From Candidatus Poribacteria bacterium (lineage in GTDB: Bacteria > Poribacteria > WGA-4E > WGA-3G): a DNA stretch of 64,000 bases. Under the pieces are notes generated by a model. It made no database searches and had not been told where the DNA came from. It saw only the letters and a list, made by a program, of their open reading frames with translations. The DNA is taken from the NCBI GenBank assembly GCA_965197475.1, contig CBDANF010000002.1:736001-800000 (forward strand), read 5' to 3'. This document shows, one piece after another, positions 21,012 through 30,325 of the stretch (the first letter of the stretch is position 1; the number at the start of each line of letters is the position of its first letter). The position numbers and the translations under genes were made by a program.

Positions 21012-22907
21012 TTACCTCGGTGGGACATCCCACAAAAGCACAGTTCCATCCGTGCTGGCACTTGCGATTGTGCGCCCATCCGGACTGAAGGAGACTTCGT
21101 TGACGACAGAACTATGCCCTATGAAATTCCATACTGGTTCACTTACTGAGACATTCCATACAGTCACAGTTCCATCCCTATTTGCACTCGCAACTACGTG
21201 TCCATCGGGACTAAAACAGACGTTTTCCACCCAACCGCCAGTTTCACCCTTTAGTTCTTTTCGGAGGCCGAACAATGAAATTGGGAGCAAACGCACCCCG
21301 TTGTGACCACCGGATACGATTTGTCTGCCATTTGGTGCAAAACTCACACCATTCCCGAGATTGTCTGCGATGATTCTTGAACGTTTACCAGTAGCAGCAT
21401 TCCATAATTGTATCTTGTTCGTATCAGTTACGATTTTCCGACCATCCGGTGAAAAACGCACGGTGTTAACAATTTTTTCATGAGGTAGTGTTATTAGGTG
21501 TTCGCCAGTGGCAGCATTCCACAAACGTACCGTAGTGTCCCAACCACCACTCGCGATTTTTCGACCATCTGGTGAGAAATGAACGCTCAGGACAATTCCT
21601 GTATGCCCTTCAAGAGTTCTCAAGGGTTTACCCGTAGGGATATCCCACAAAAGCACCGTCTTGTCTTCACTACCACATGCAATTGTTTTACCATCTGGCG
21701 AAAAACAGACGCTTCTGATCGTGGAGATATTCCCTCCAAAGGATTTTAAATGTTCCCCAGTAATAGCATCCCATAAATGGACAACCCTTTCTTCGCCTCC
21801 AGTAGCGATTTTCAGTCCATCTGGAGAAAATTGAACACTGCTAACTCTACCGGTATGTCCTGTCAGTGTCTTACGAAGTTCCCCTGTAGCGACATCCCAA
21901 AAATACACTTCGTTTTCGCTTGCACTCGCCAACGTTTTCCCATCCGGTGAAAAACGGATGTTTTTGATATTATTACTGGATTCTTCAATAGATTTTAGAA
22001 GTTCTCCCGAAGCAACATCCCAAAAACGCATCTCGTAGTAACCCACGCTTGCTAATGTTTTGCCATCTGGTGAAAAACTAACGCCTTCGACCGAAGATCT
22101 ATGGGCATTTAGTATATTCAACTGTTTACCGGTAGCAACATCCCAAAAACGCGCTGTAGCGTCTTTACTTGAACTCACAAGTGTTTTGCCATCTGGTGAA
22201 AAACTAATGCTGGTGACATTGCCCGTATGCCCTTTAAGTATATATAAAGTGGCACCTGAGAGAACATCCCACAAATATATCGTGCCACCCTCTTTATAAT
22301 TTTCGCTTTCGGTTGCAGTGGCGAGCGTGCGACCATCTGGCGAAAACCGGATGCTACTAACAGAGTTGGTGTGTCTTGTTGACCTCTTTAGAAGTTCCCC
22401 TGTAGCGGTACTCCACAAACGCAAATGTCCATCATGACCTCCCGTTGCAAGTATTGTTCCATCCGGTGAGAAACTAATAGCGGCAACCCATAAAGTATGT
22501 CCCTTAAGTGTTTGTAAGAATTTTCCATTGGTAACGTCCCATAAACGAACTGAACCTTTATGAACACCGGTTGCAACTCTTGTCCCATCCGGTGAAAGAC
22601 TCCCACTCCAAACAAAATCCTTATTGTTCGTAAATAGTGCCAATTCCTCAAGCGTCTCGGTATCGTAAAGCCAAGTCCCTATGGAACTGGTAACCGCAAA
22701 CTGCTTTCCATCTGCTGAATATTCAATTCCATATATCCAACCTTTGCCAAGACGTGCTTTGGCACCCTCAGGTAAACTGAGTTGTGTAGACGGTGTATAA
22801 TTAGTATCTAAAGCTTCTGGCAAACGTGTGTTCTGCTGACAAGCAATGCTGCCAGCAAGGATCAGGAAACCGACAATTAAAACGATTTTCTTTGTACGTG
22901 TGAACAT
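21012..22907 (-). CDS. WD40-repeat lipoprotein
   Basis: About 13 GH...FSPDG...WD repeats; LPEGAKARLGKG lead-in; ATG 22907 with GAGG SD. Confidence 0.92.
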   Translation of the reverse strand: MFTRTKKIVLIVGFLILAGSIACQQNTRLPEALDTNYTPSTQLSLPEGAKARLGKGWIYGIEYSADGKQFAVTSSIGTWLYDTETLEELALFTNNKDFVWSGSLSPDGTRVATGVHKGSVRLWDVTNGKFLQTLKGHTLWVAAISFSPDGTILATGGHDGHLRLWSTATGELLKRSTRHTNSVSSIRFSPDGRTLATATESENYKEGGTIYLWDVLSGATLYILKGHTGNVTSISFSPDGKTLVSSSKDATARFWDVATGKQLNILNAHRSSVEGVSFSPDGKTLASVGYYEMRFWDVASGELLKSIEESSNNIKNIRFSPDGKTLASASENEVYFWDVATGELRKTLTGHTGRVSSVQFSPDGLKIATGGEERVVHLWDAITGEHLKSFGGNISTIRSVCFSPDGKTIACGSEDKTVLLWDIPTGKPLRTLEGHTGIVLSVHFSPDGRKIASGGWDTTVRLWNAATGEHLITLPHEKIVNTVRFSPDGRKIVTDTNKIQLWNAATGKRSRIIADNLGNGVSFAPNGRQIVSGGHNGVRLLPISLFGLRKELKGETGGWVENVCFSPDGHVVASANRDGTVTVWNVSVSEPVWNFIGHSSVVNEVSFSPDGRTIASASTDGTVLLWDVPPR

Positions 22908-22930
22908 AGTAAACCTCTTATGTTGATGGA

Positions 22931-23939
22931 CACTGAAGTCATATTGAGTAAAACATAAGGATGTGGTAGAATAGGGAAAGAAAAGGATATAGTTTATGTC
23001 CCTTTTTTCACTGGACATCCACATTTACTTTATGAAAGGTTTTATTATGGCAGACGAAACTCAAAAGGTTCCGAGATACAAAGGTATTCCCAAGCAGGTT
23101 TCCCGCAAGGATTTTAATCGTTATATCTTGCCCCATCTAAAGAAACGAGTGAAAGGGCCAAAGCCCAAACTCTCCTTCTATAAGATATTCAACTATATCC
23201 TCTATGTTTTGCATACTGGCATTCAATGGGAGCGGCTCCGCACACGGCGTTCTGAACTCCATTGGTCTAATGTCTATAAATGGCATAATAGATGGTCAAA
23301 AGACGGCTCTTATCAGAAACTTTTTGAAGCGTCTATCATACATCTGCTTGATACCGATCAACTTGACACCTCTCAACTTCATGGTGATGGGTCAAATACC
23401 GTCGTAAAAAAAGGGGCAATGGCATCGGTTATTCGGGACACAAACATCAGAAAGGTGAAAAAGAACTGACCATCACCGACAATCAAGGGTTCATCGTCAG
23501 TCCGATAACCACTAAACCGGTCAATCACCATGGGACAACGATTTTGCCCGAAGCATTCGCAGATTTTATCACCTTTACCCATCGCATTGGGATGGATCTC
23601 AGCGCATCTGCGCTAACGCTGGATTCCGGTTTTGATTCCAAAGAGAATCATAAGATTATCAAAGAACACGGACTTATCCCAGTGATCTATCCGAACCGAC
23701 GGAATGCCAAAGAACCTATTGTCATCGCTCGCAAGTTCCGGTGGTTTAGCAAAGATATGGACAAAAACCGATATAAAGTAGAGCGAACTTTCGGTTGGCA
23801 AGGGACTTATCGGAAACTCGCTCTTAGCTACGATAAACTTAAAGAAACCCGTTTAGGTTTTCGTTATTTAGCATATTCAATGATAAACTTTCGGGGGACT
23901 TTCAACGATGCTTAGCTCGTACTCGCTATGAGTTCACTG
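22931..23939 (+). mobile_element. IS5-family element; two-ORF transposase with -1 frameshift
   Basis: Imperfect 20-bp TIR CACTGAAGTCATATTGAGTA vs reverse complement CAGTGAACTCATAGCGAGTA; ORFA YVLHTGIQW..RWSKDG; slippery A7G4 at ~23406; ORFB LDSGFD..RYKVERTFGW; no TSD. Confidence 0.88.
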
Positions 23940-24021
23940 TAATCTCATACTTTTCAGCAAGGTTTCGGAGGTCCTGACCTACAATTGTTGATAATTTCTG
24001 AATTGCTTCTTGTCTTTCCAT
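23940..24021 (-). pseudogene. 5' remnant of a gene truncated by IS5, resembling the MutH/Sau3AI-family endonuclease N-terminus
   Basis: ATG 2 nt after the MTase stop; MERQEAIQKLSTIVGQDLRNLAEKYEIT then the IS terminus; family call is from recall. Confidence 0.5.
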
Positions 24022-24023
24022 GG

Positions 24024-25046
24024 CTATTCCTTATCACCAATTGTTTTTGTGTCATCCTTAAATAACCTATTGGATAACTCATCAATCCGCATTTGCGCAA
24101 TTTGGTTATATGTTTCGTCCTTCTCAATCATTATCCATCTCCTGTTATGTTGCTCTGAAACGACTGCTGTCGTTCCAGCTCCTGAGAATGGGTCAAGGAT
24201 GAGATCGCCTTTATCTGTTCCTGCTAATATAATGCGATTGACGACTGCTACAGGTTTTTGAGAAGGATGTTTACCATGCTTGCGTTCCGATGGTTTGGTC
24301 AGCGGAATTTCCCACATGTTTCGCATCTGCTTACCATGGTTCATCGCCTTCATAGTTTCATAATTGAATGTCCAATTTTTGGCTTTCTTGCTTTCATTGT
24401 TGACAGCCCAAATGATAAATTCGGTAGACTCGGTAAACATTCGGCAGGTAATGTTAGGTTGCGCATTAGGTTTATACCAAACAATTTGAGAGATAATCCG
24501 CCTGTCAAAAAAGTTTTGAAGTATGAAACCAATTGTAAAGATGCAGTGAAAAGACCCAAAAATGAATAAATTTCCGTTCGTCTTCAGCACTCTCAAGACT
24601 TCTCGGATCCAATTAACCGTGAACTGGAAATAGTCGTCCTTTGAAAAAATATCCCACTGTTCCTGCATTGTGACATGGGAACTAAATGCCCAGCCCAATC
24701 CTTTCTTTTTCGACATATTAAACGGCGGATCAGTGGCACAACAATCAAAGACTCCATCAGGGAAAGTAGAAAGAATTTTTAAGCAGTCGCCTGATACAAT
24801 TTGATTAACAGGAAGGTTGTCGGTTGTTCCTCCTAAAAGTGTTGGTGAATATTCTATATTTTCAGAGGAAGGATCGTGAATTTCACTCTCCGCAATAGCG
24901 GGTGATATTTTTGTTTTTTTCAGTGGGTGAGTTCCTGTTGAAAGATACTCAATCAATTGTGCCTTCTTTAACGAAGAGTACCCTTTCAATCCGCGTTTTT
25001 TGAGTTCTTTTCTCAGCTCTATGTTTCGCATTTGATGGAAATTCAT
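24024..25046 (-). CDS. Beta-class amino (N6A/N4C) DNA methyltransferase with N-terminal Rho-N/HeH-like domain
   Basis: DPPFN, HPSQKP, LDPFSGAGTT; N-terminus ELRKELKKRGLKGYSSLKKAQLIEYL. Confidence 0.9.
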   Translation of the reverse strand: MNFHQMRNIELRKELKKRGLKGYSSLKKAQLIEYLSTGTHPLKKTKISPAIAESEIHDPSSENIEYSPTLLGGTTDNLPVNQIVSGDCLKILSTFPDGVFDCCATDPPFNMSKKKGLGWAFSSHVTMQEQWDIFSKDDYFQFTVNWIREVLRVLKTNGNLFIFGSFHCIFTIGFILQNFFDRRIISQIVWYKPNAQPNITCRMFTESTEFIIWAVNNESKKAKNWTFNYETMKAMNHGKQMRNMWEIPLTKPSERKHGKHPSQKPVAVVNRIILAGTDKGDLILDPFSGAGTTAVVSEQHNRRWIMIEKDETYNQIAQMRIDELSNRLFKDDTKTIGDKE

Positions 25047-25094
25047 CTGTTTAATTTTATCCTTTTAAATGTTTCGTGTCTCTAAAAGTTGATC

Positions 25095-25307
25095 TCAGAC
25101 TGCACAAGCAGCGTACTTCATTGCCTCTTGGACATCAGCAATCTCCAATTCTGGATACATCTCAATAATATCATCAATTGACTTATCGCTGGCTAACAAC
25201 TTGAGAATCACACTTACTGTGATTCGGGTGCCTCGAACCACAGGTTGCCCAAGACAAATCTTAGGATTAATCTGGATCCGATCTAATTTTTCCATTTCTA
25301 CCTCCAC
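25095..25307 (-). CDS. DUF433 domain protein (putative antitoxin)
   Basis: RIQINPKICLGQPVVRGTRITV...YPEL..DVQEAMKYA. Confidence 0.85.
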   Translation of the reverse strand: MEVEMEKLDRIQINPKICLGQPVVRGTRITVSVILKLLASDKSIDDIIEMYPELEIADVQEAMKYAACAV

Positions 25308-26332
25308 TAAACTGATATTTGAACAACCTCTCCCGTTTCAATACTACGACTAATCGCCTCCAAAACGCGCATGTTCTGATACGCATCTTCAAGACTTGAG
25401 TGAGGTTGTGTGCCTGCTTGCAACGATTGTGCCCAATGCCGCATCTCTTCAAGATAACCCGGTCTGCCGATACCATGGTATGCAGTATTGAGATCCCACG
25501 TTTCTGCAGGCGTATCGGCATAGCCACCGCCACCGCCACTGCCAAGCCATGTCGGGGCACGGTAACGGCGCAACTTGCGTGTTTCAAACACCTGAATTGC
25601 CTGATTGTTCGTGCCTTTGATGAAAACCATCGCTTCCAAGACCGGACCGGTGCCAAGTGTCATCGTGCCGATGCCACCGTTTTCGTAACGTAGGTTCACG
25701 GACATTGAAACGGTGGCTGATGCAGAATCAATCTTGCCCATCGCAAAGACTTCACTGACCTGGCCCATAAAGAACCGCATGCAATCTGTAGGATGAATGA
25801 CTTGGTCAAGCATGAAGGGCCAAGCAAATGGTGATCCTGCCTGATTAAGCCGAGGACCTGGGGCAAGATAACGTGTATGGTATTGACACGTTGTTCCAAA
25901 ATCATCTTCATCAATCAACCTTTTGGCGATCTGATGCGCGGGCGCATGTCGCCACATTGTGCCGACCATACCCGTTTTGCCTGTTTCAACAGACGCATCA
26001 ACAAGCATCTTTGCACCTTCAGCGGTAGTCGCAGGTGGTTTTTCGGTATAGATATGATAACCCTGTTGCAGACATGCAATGCCTATATCGCGATGTAGTT
26101 TGTCCTCAGGTCTGCCTACTACTGCGACTGCGTAAAGGTCTTCATTTTTGAACATCTCATTGTAGTCGGTGTAGTGGCGTAGCGCGCCAAATCTCCGAGC
26201 GTTTGACTTCGCCTTTTCTTCCACGAGGTCACACGTAGCAACAAATTCAAACTCAGGGATCATCGGGATACACTGTTGCAACTGCGATGACATCCCGCCA
26301 CAACCTATAAAAGCTATTCTAATTTTGTCCAT
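25307..26332 (-). CDS. Gfo/Idh/MocA-family oxidoreductase
   Basis: IAFIGCGG, EKPP, DQVIH. Confidence 0.88.
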   Translation of the reverse strand: MDKIRIAFIGCGGMSSQLQQCIPMIPEFEFVATCDLVEEKAKSNARRFGALRHYTDYNEMFKNEDLYAVAVVGRPEDKLHRDIGIACLQQGYHIYTEKPPATTAEGAKMLVDASVETGKTGMVGTMWRHAPAHQIAKRLIDEDDFGTTCQYHTRYLAPGPRLNQAGSPFAWPFMLDQVIHPTDCMRFFMGQVSEVFAMGKIDSASATVSMSVNLRYENGGIGTMTLGTGPVLEAMVFIKGTNNQAIQVFETRKLRRYRAPTWLGSGGGGGYADTPAETWDLNTAYHGIGRPGYLEEMRHWAQSLQAGTQPHSSLEDAYQNMRVLEAISRSIETGEVVQISV

Positions 26333-26379
26333 AAATTATTCGACTCCAATTATAGCAAAACTTGTAATTTCTTGGGCAT

Positions 26380-28998
26380 TTACAATTGTAATGCTTCATC
26401 AAGAGCTTCACGGAATTGATTTTGGTTTTTTTCCTGATAAAACGGCAAACCGATAATGCGATAGTTCTTATCCTCTATTATGAGTTCAGTTTTACGCTCG
26501 GTATCAATCTCCTTTAGAAAATCTTCTTTCCATCTGTCAAAGTCTTCAATGTGCTCACCTTTAGGTTCAATAAAAAGTTGATAACTCAGTGTTTCACCGT
26601 TTTCTTTGCCCAAAATGAGGACAAAGTCGGGTTGGAAGGCACGACCGTCAAAGAAGTTATAGATGTAAAAATGTCTCTCGTTACGGATGAGATAAACGTC
26701 ATCGTAAGTTTCTTGTAGTTCCGCAAGGTGTGTCTGTAGAAATTCCACGAATGCTTTTTCTTCACTGGTGCCGTAGAGTCCATTAAATGCATACCATTTT
26801 GCCGCTTTCGAGAGACGCTCGGCAAGGTGATTCTCATCAGCACGGGTGCTTTTAGCATTGAATTTCAGGATTTTGTTATCAAAAATAGTGTGGATTTGTT
26901 CCCTATAAAAGTGTTTTGTGCCTTCGTGTTCGGTAATTTGTTCACGTAGTTCGGATTCAATTTTTTCTAAAAGATCACAACATGCCCTGAGCTTTTCTGC
27001 TGGATTATCTTCTAAATGAGAACGATCACCCTTGAATTTGATTGACAAGCCTCCCAAAAAGTTATCCGAAGTCCTAAATTCCTGCATGGATTTCAAATGC
27101 GGAAAATATCGCTTTAGAGATGCAAACTTGAAAAACGGATTACGCGCAATAGCCGTTTGGACAATATTCTGTTCAATATCAGTTATCGTTATGTCCCGAC
27201 TATCTTTGTTCTGCGTGGTATAGGTTCGGTCATCCTCTGTCATACCCGTTACGTCGCCAGATCCTTCATAGACGGTATGCTCATGCCATTTCTTTTGGAC
27301 ACTTAGCGACTTTAAGTCTTCAAAAGATTTGACGTCTTTATAGTCTCTCGGTGCCTGTTTATTTACCCATATAACACCGTATTTGTATAAATCGGTTTCC
27401 TTGAATTCTTTTTTTAGCTTCAGTTTGCGAGTTACAACCTGTTCGTCTATTAGACCTTCCTGAATCAATGCTTTTTTGATCTCGGAGATATAGGGCAAAT
27501 CGTTAATGCTGTGATAATGAAATTCTTCCAGTACGCGGAGTTCATGCTCCATGTCTTCATCAAATTTGCGGGTGTACTTATCTTCATGTTCCGGCGGCAG
27601 ACTAAAAGGATAATAACGGGCTCCGCGTCCAATAAGTTGTGCCTCAGCAATTGTGGTTTTTCCAATTTTGTTATGTCCTGTACTGCCGGTATCGTAACAG
27701 CGAACGATGTCAAATAGATTCAACACATCCCACCCCTCACTGAGCATCTGCACAGCGAAGATAGCACGGATAGGATTGTCTTTTTCTTCAAGCCTGTTTA
27801 CCCCCACCTGATACTTCTCTTTCTCTATTTTGGAGTTGACAGCGAGGCAGTATCTCTCATGGAAAGCCCTTTGTAGGCGGTGTGCTAACTGATCGGAGCT
27901 GATTTTACGTTTTTTAAAGAAGCGAAACGCTTGTTTAATAATCGGAACTTCAGACCGCCGAATCTTGTCAATATCTTTTCCTGTGAGTGCGTCAATAAGT
28001 TTATGAAAATCTACTTTGTTTTTCTCGGAATCTGGGATCGTTTTCGCCTTAAACAGAATAACCGGTTTCAGTTGGATTTTGTGTTTCGCTGCAACAGACT
28101 CCTTGTAATAACTGAGAATAAGTGCCTGTAAATTGCGATTCTTCAGACTGAAACTTGATCTCACTATTTCTATGTCTTTTGAATATTTGTCATTCCGAAA
28201 TTGGACTAAATCATAGCGGTAGATGATCTTATTCCTATACTTATCCGCTATTGCAGGCGTTTTGTCATCAAAAGTAGCGGTAAATTCCAGCAACAGATTA
28301 TCACTGTTTGCGTTAAATATATTTTCAACGGTGTTTTCCCATGTTGGTTTTCCTACCGGATTCGGATTTTCTCCCATTAAGTCCAATTGCAACTGCGCCC
28401 GCGTAGAGACATTCATGTGGTGTGCTTCATCAGACAAGAGAACAATTTTCTTTTTCTTAAAATCGTCAAAAGTTAAGGCGTTCTCTTTTTCTGTTGTCAA
28501 ATCGCTGTGTAACTTCTGAATTGTAGTGAATCGGATGTTAATGTGGTTCTCGTTGACCCCTTCAAAATTTTCCACCTCCGTCACCTTAACCTGATCACCT
28601 TTGTAGTAGATAGTATTATTGAAAAGGTATTTTGAAGATCCTGGGTTGAAGAAATTGTCTTTTGTTTTCTCAATGATATTGTCTGCATTAACGAAGAATA
28701 GGAAATTACGGTATCCGTGTTCATAGAGATAAAGAATCAAACCTGCCATAATAAGCGTCTTACCGCTGCCTGTTGCCATATTGAAAAGCAGATGCAAGGG
28801 ATTTCTCTTACCGGGAAAACCATTGTTTAAGCAGTGGATAAATCTTGCAAATGCCTCTATTTGATAGGGACGAAGTTCATAAGCAGGACTCAAATTTTGC
28901 GTAATGCTTTCCGGCATTTCAGGTTTGGGAACTCCGAACTCGAAAGCATTTGTAAGTCGTTCATATAGAAATTGTTCAGGCATCGTTATCTCCTTCAA
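26380..28998 (-). CDS. res: Type III restriction endonuclease Res subunit
   Basis: FNMATGSGKT, DEAHH, TAT, LSEGWDVLN, QLIGRGARY, C-terminal PDF...IEPK nuclease. Confidence 0.92.
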   Translation of the reverse strand: MKEITMPEQFLYERLTNAFEFGVPKPEMPESITQNLSPAYELRPYQIEAFARFIHCLNNGFPGKRNPLHLLFNMATGSGKTLIMAGLILYLYEHGYRNFLFFVNADNIIEKTKDNFFNPGSSKYLFNNTIYYKGDQVKVTEVENFEGVNENHINIRFTTIQKLHSDLTTEKENALTFDDFKKKKIVLLSDEAHHMNVSTRAQLQLDLMGENPNPVGKPTWENTVENIFNANSDNLLLEFTATFDDKTPAIADKYRNKIIYRYDLVQFRNDKYSKDIEIVRSSFSLKNRNLQALILSYYKESVAAKHKIQLKPVILFKAKTIPDSEKNKVDFHKLIDALTGKDIDKIRRSEVPIIKQAFRFFKKRKISSDQLAHRLQRAFHERYCLAVNSKIEKEKYQVGVNRLEEKDNPIRAIFAVQMLSEGWDVLNLFDIVRCYDTGSTGHNKIGKTTIAEAQLIGRGARYYPFSLPPEHEDKYTRKFDEDMEHELRVLEEFHYHSINDLPYISEIKKALIQEGLIDEQVVTRKLKLKKEFKETDLYKYGVIWVNKQAPRDYKDVKSFEDLKSLSVQKKWHEHTVYEGSGDVTGMTEDDRTYTTQNKDSRDITITDIEQNIVQTAIARNPFFKFASLKRYFPHLKSMQEFRTSDNFLGGLSIKFKGDRSHLEDNPAEKLRACCDLLEKIESELREQITEHEGTKHFYREQIHTIFDNKILKFNAKSTRADENHLAERLSKAAKWYAFNGLYGTSEEKAFVEFLQTHLAELQETYDDVYLIRNERHFYIYNFFDGRAFQPDFVLILGKENGETLSYQLFIEPKGEHIEDFDRWKEDFLKEIDTERKTELIIEDKNYRIIGLPFYQEKNQNQFREALDEALQL

Positions 28999-29006
28999 AA
29001 AACATC

Positions 29007-30272
29007 TTATTCAACACCTTCTTCCTCGCCAACAACAGAATCTGCATCCTCTATTTCCGAATTATTCTTTTGGTTTTCGTTAGGTGGGGTAGACAGATAA
29101 AAATAAATTTGATCAAGGATCAAAAGTGCCTGTAATGCCTTCTCTGCAGAATATCCCTTTTCTAATGCCTCACCATGACCAACGCTGTGACGCGATAAAT
29201 CGTCGGTGACATTTGCAAGGTCAAAGTTCTTAAAGAAACTATTTTCAAGATACATTAGAAATTCGTTGGGCAATAATAGTGAATGTTCATCATCAACGTT
29301 ACATTTTGCAACCTCTAAGAGATGTTCAAGCGGTTTCTTAATTTTGTATGCCCCTTCTTTGTGATCTGCACGATACAAAGAACGCATAATACCCTCAATT
29401 TCCGGATAGAGATTCTTAACGCAACTTATGTAGTCGCTTTTGGTTCCACCAAGGAATGCGTCAAGACCGGGTTTCAAAAGTTCACGTTTGTCCTGAAAAA
29501 AGGGATTTTCCCACCACTTGTCAGTAATTGTTTTTACGCGTTGTTCGTTGAAACTATCAAGCAGCGTTTTTACCTCATCATCGTAAGCAAATTTATCATT
29601 TTTATATGTTTCAAATAATGTTTTATACTCATTACCTAAAATTTCTACAAAAGGAAACCATCCATCCGCAACCATTTTCTTAAAAATAGGTTCTGATTCC
29701 AGACTTTGATAGACATATTGAAATGCTAAATATCTATAGAGTTGTCCTAACTGCGTTTGCATTTGGACAATATTGGATACCTCAAGTTCCACTTCTTCAA
29801 ATTCTGATGAACCAATCTCCTTTTGCACTAAATTAGGATTACGCACGAAGTTAAAATAGAGCCCGAATTTCCAACCTACTTTTAGGCAACAGATAACCTT
29901 ATCAGATTCTTGTATGTCTATGCCCGGAAACCTTAATTCAATAATATCTGCAATATCATTATCTGAAATCAGTTCATTTTCTTTTAGAGTCCGCTTGGAT
30001 CTACATTTTATCTCCATCGGAAAATCATTAAGATAAATATCTGCACTCAAGTCACGATGAATGAGTATCAGAAAGTTATAAATCGAATTGACACCTATTT
30101 TGTAGTCCGTGGGATAAAAAAAGAGTTTTGATATTTCCTCAATGTATTTGTAAAACATAGGCTGATCTGAAGTCAGACGAGAAACACTCAAAGCCCAAAA
30201 ATAGTGATCCTTAGGTACATTGCAAACCGTAAAACCAGTAATATCTGAAACGTTACCTACGTATAAACGCAT
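29007..30272 (-). CDS. Hypothetical protein with C-terminal HEPN-like RxxxxH motif
   Basis: 421 aa between mod and res; IEGIMR upstream helix and SRHSVGHG...Y...ALQALLILD. Confidence 0.7.
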   Translation of the reverse strand: MRLYVGNVSDITGFTVCNVPKDHYFWALSVSRLTSDQPMFYKYIEEISKLFFYPTDYKIGVNSIYNFLILIHRDLSADIYLNDFPMEIKCRSKRTLKENELISDNDIADIIELRFPGIDIQESDKVICCLKVGWKFGLYFNFVRNPNLVQKEIGSSEFEEVELEVSNIVQMQTQLGQLYRYLAFQYVYQSLESEPIFKKMVADGWFPFVEILGNEYKTLFETYKNDKFAYDDEVKTLLDSFNEQRVKTITDKWWENPFFQDKRELLKPGLDAFLGGTKSDYISCVKNLYPEIEGIMRSLYRADHKEGAYKIKKPLEHLLEVAKCNVDDEHSLLLPNEFLMYLENSFFKNFDLANVTDDLSRHSVGHGEALEKGYSAEKALQALLILDQIYFYLSTPPNENQKNNSEIEDADSVVGEEEGVE

Positions 30273-30325
30273 GATATTTATTGAACTCCTTTCTTAATCT
30301 GATTTTAATTTCCGTGACTTATGTT

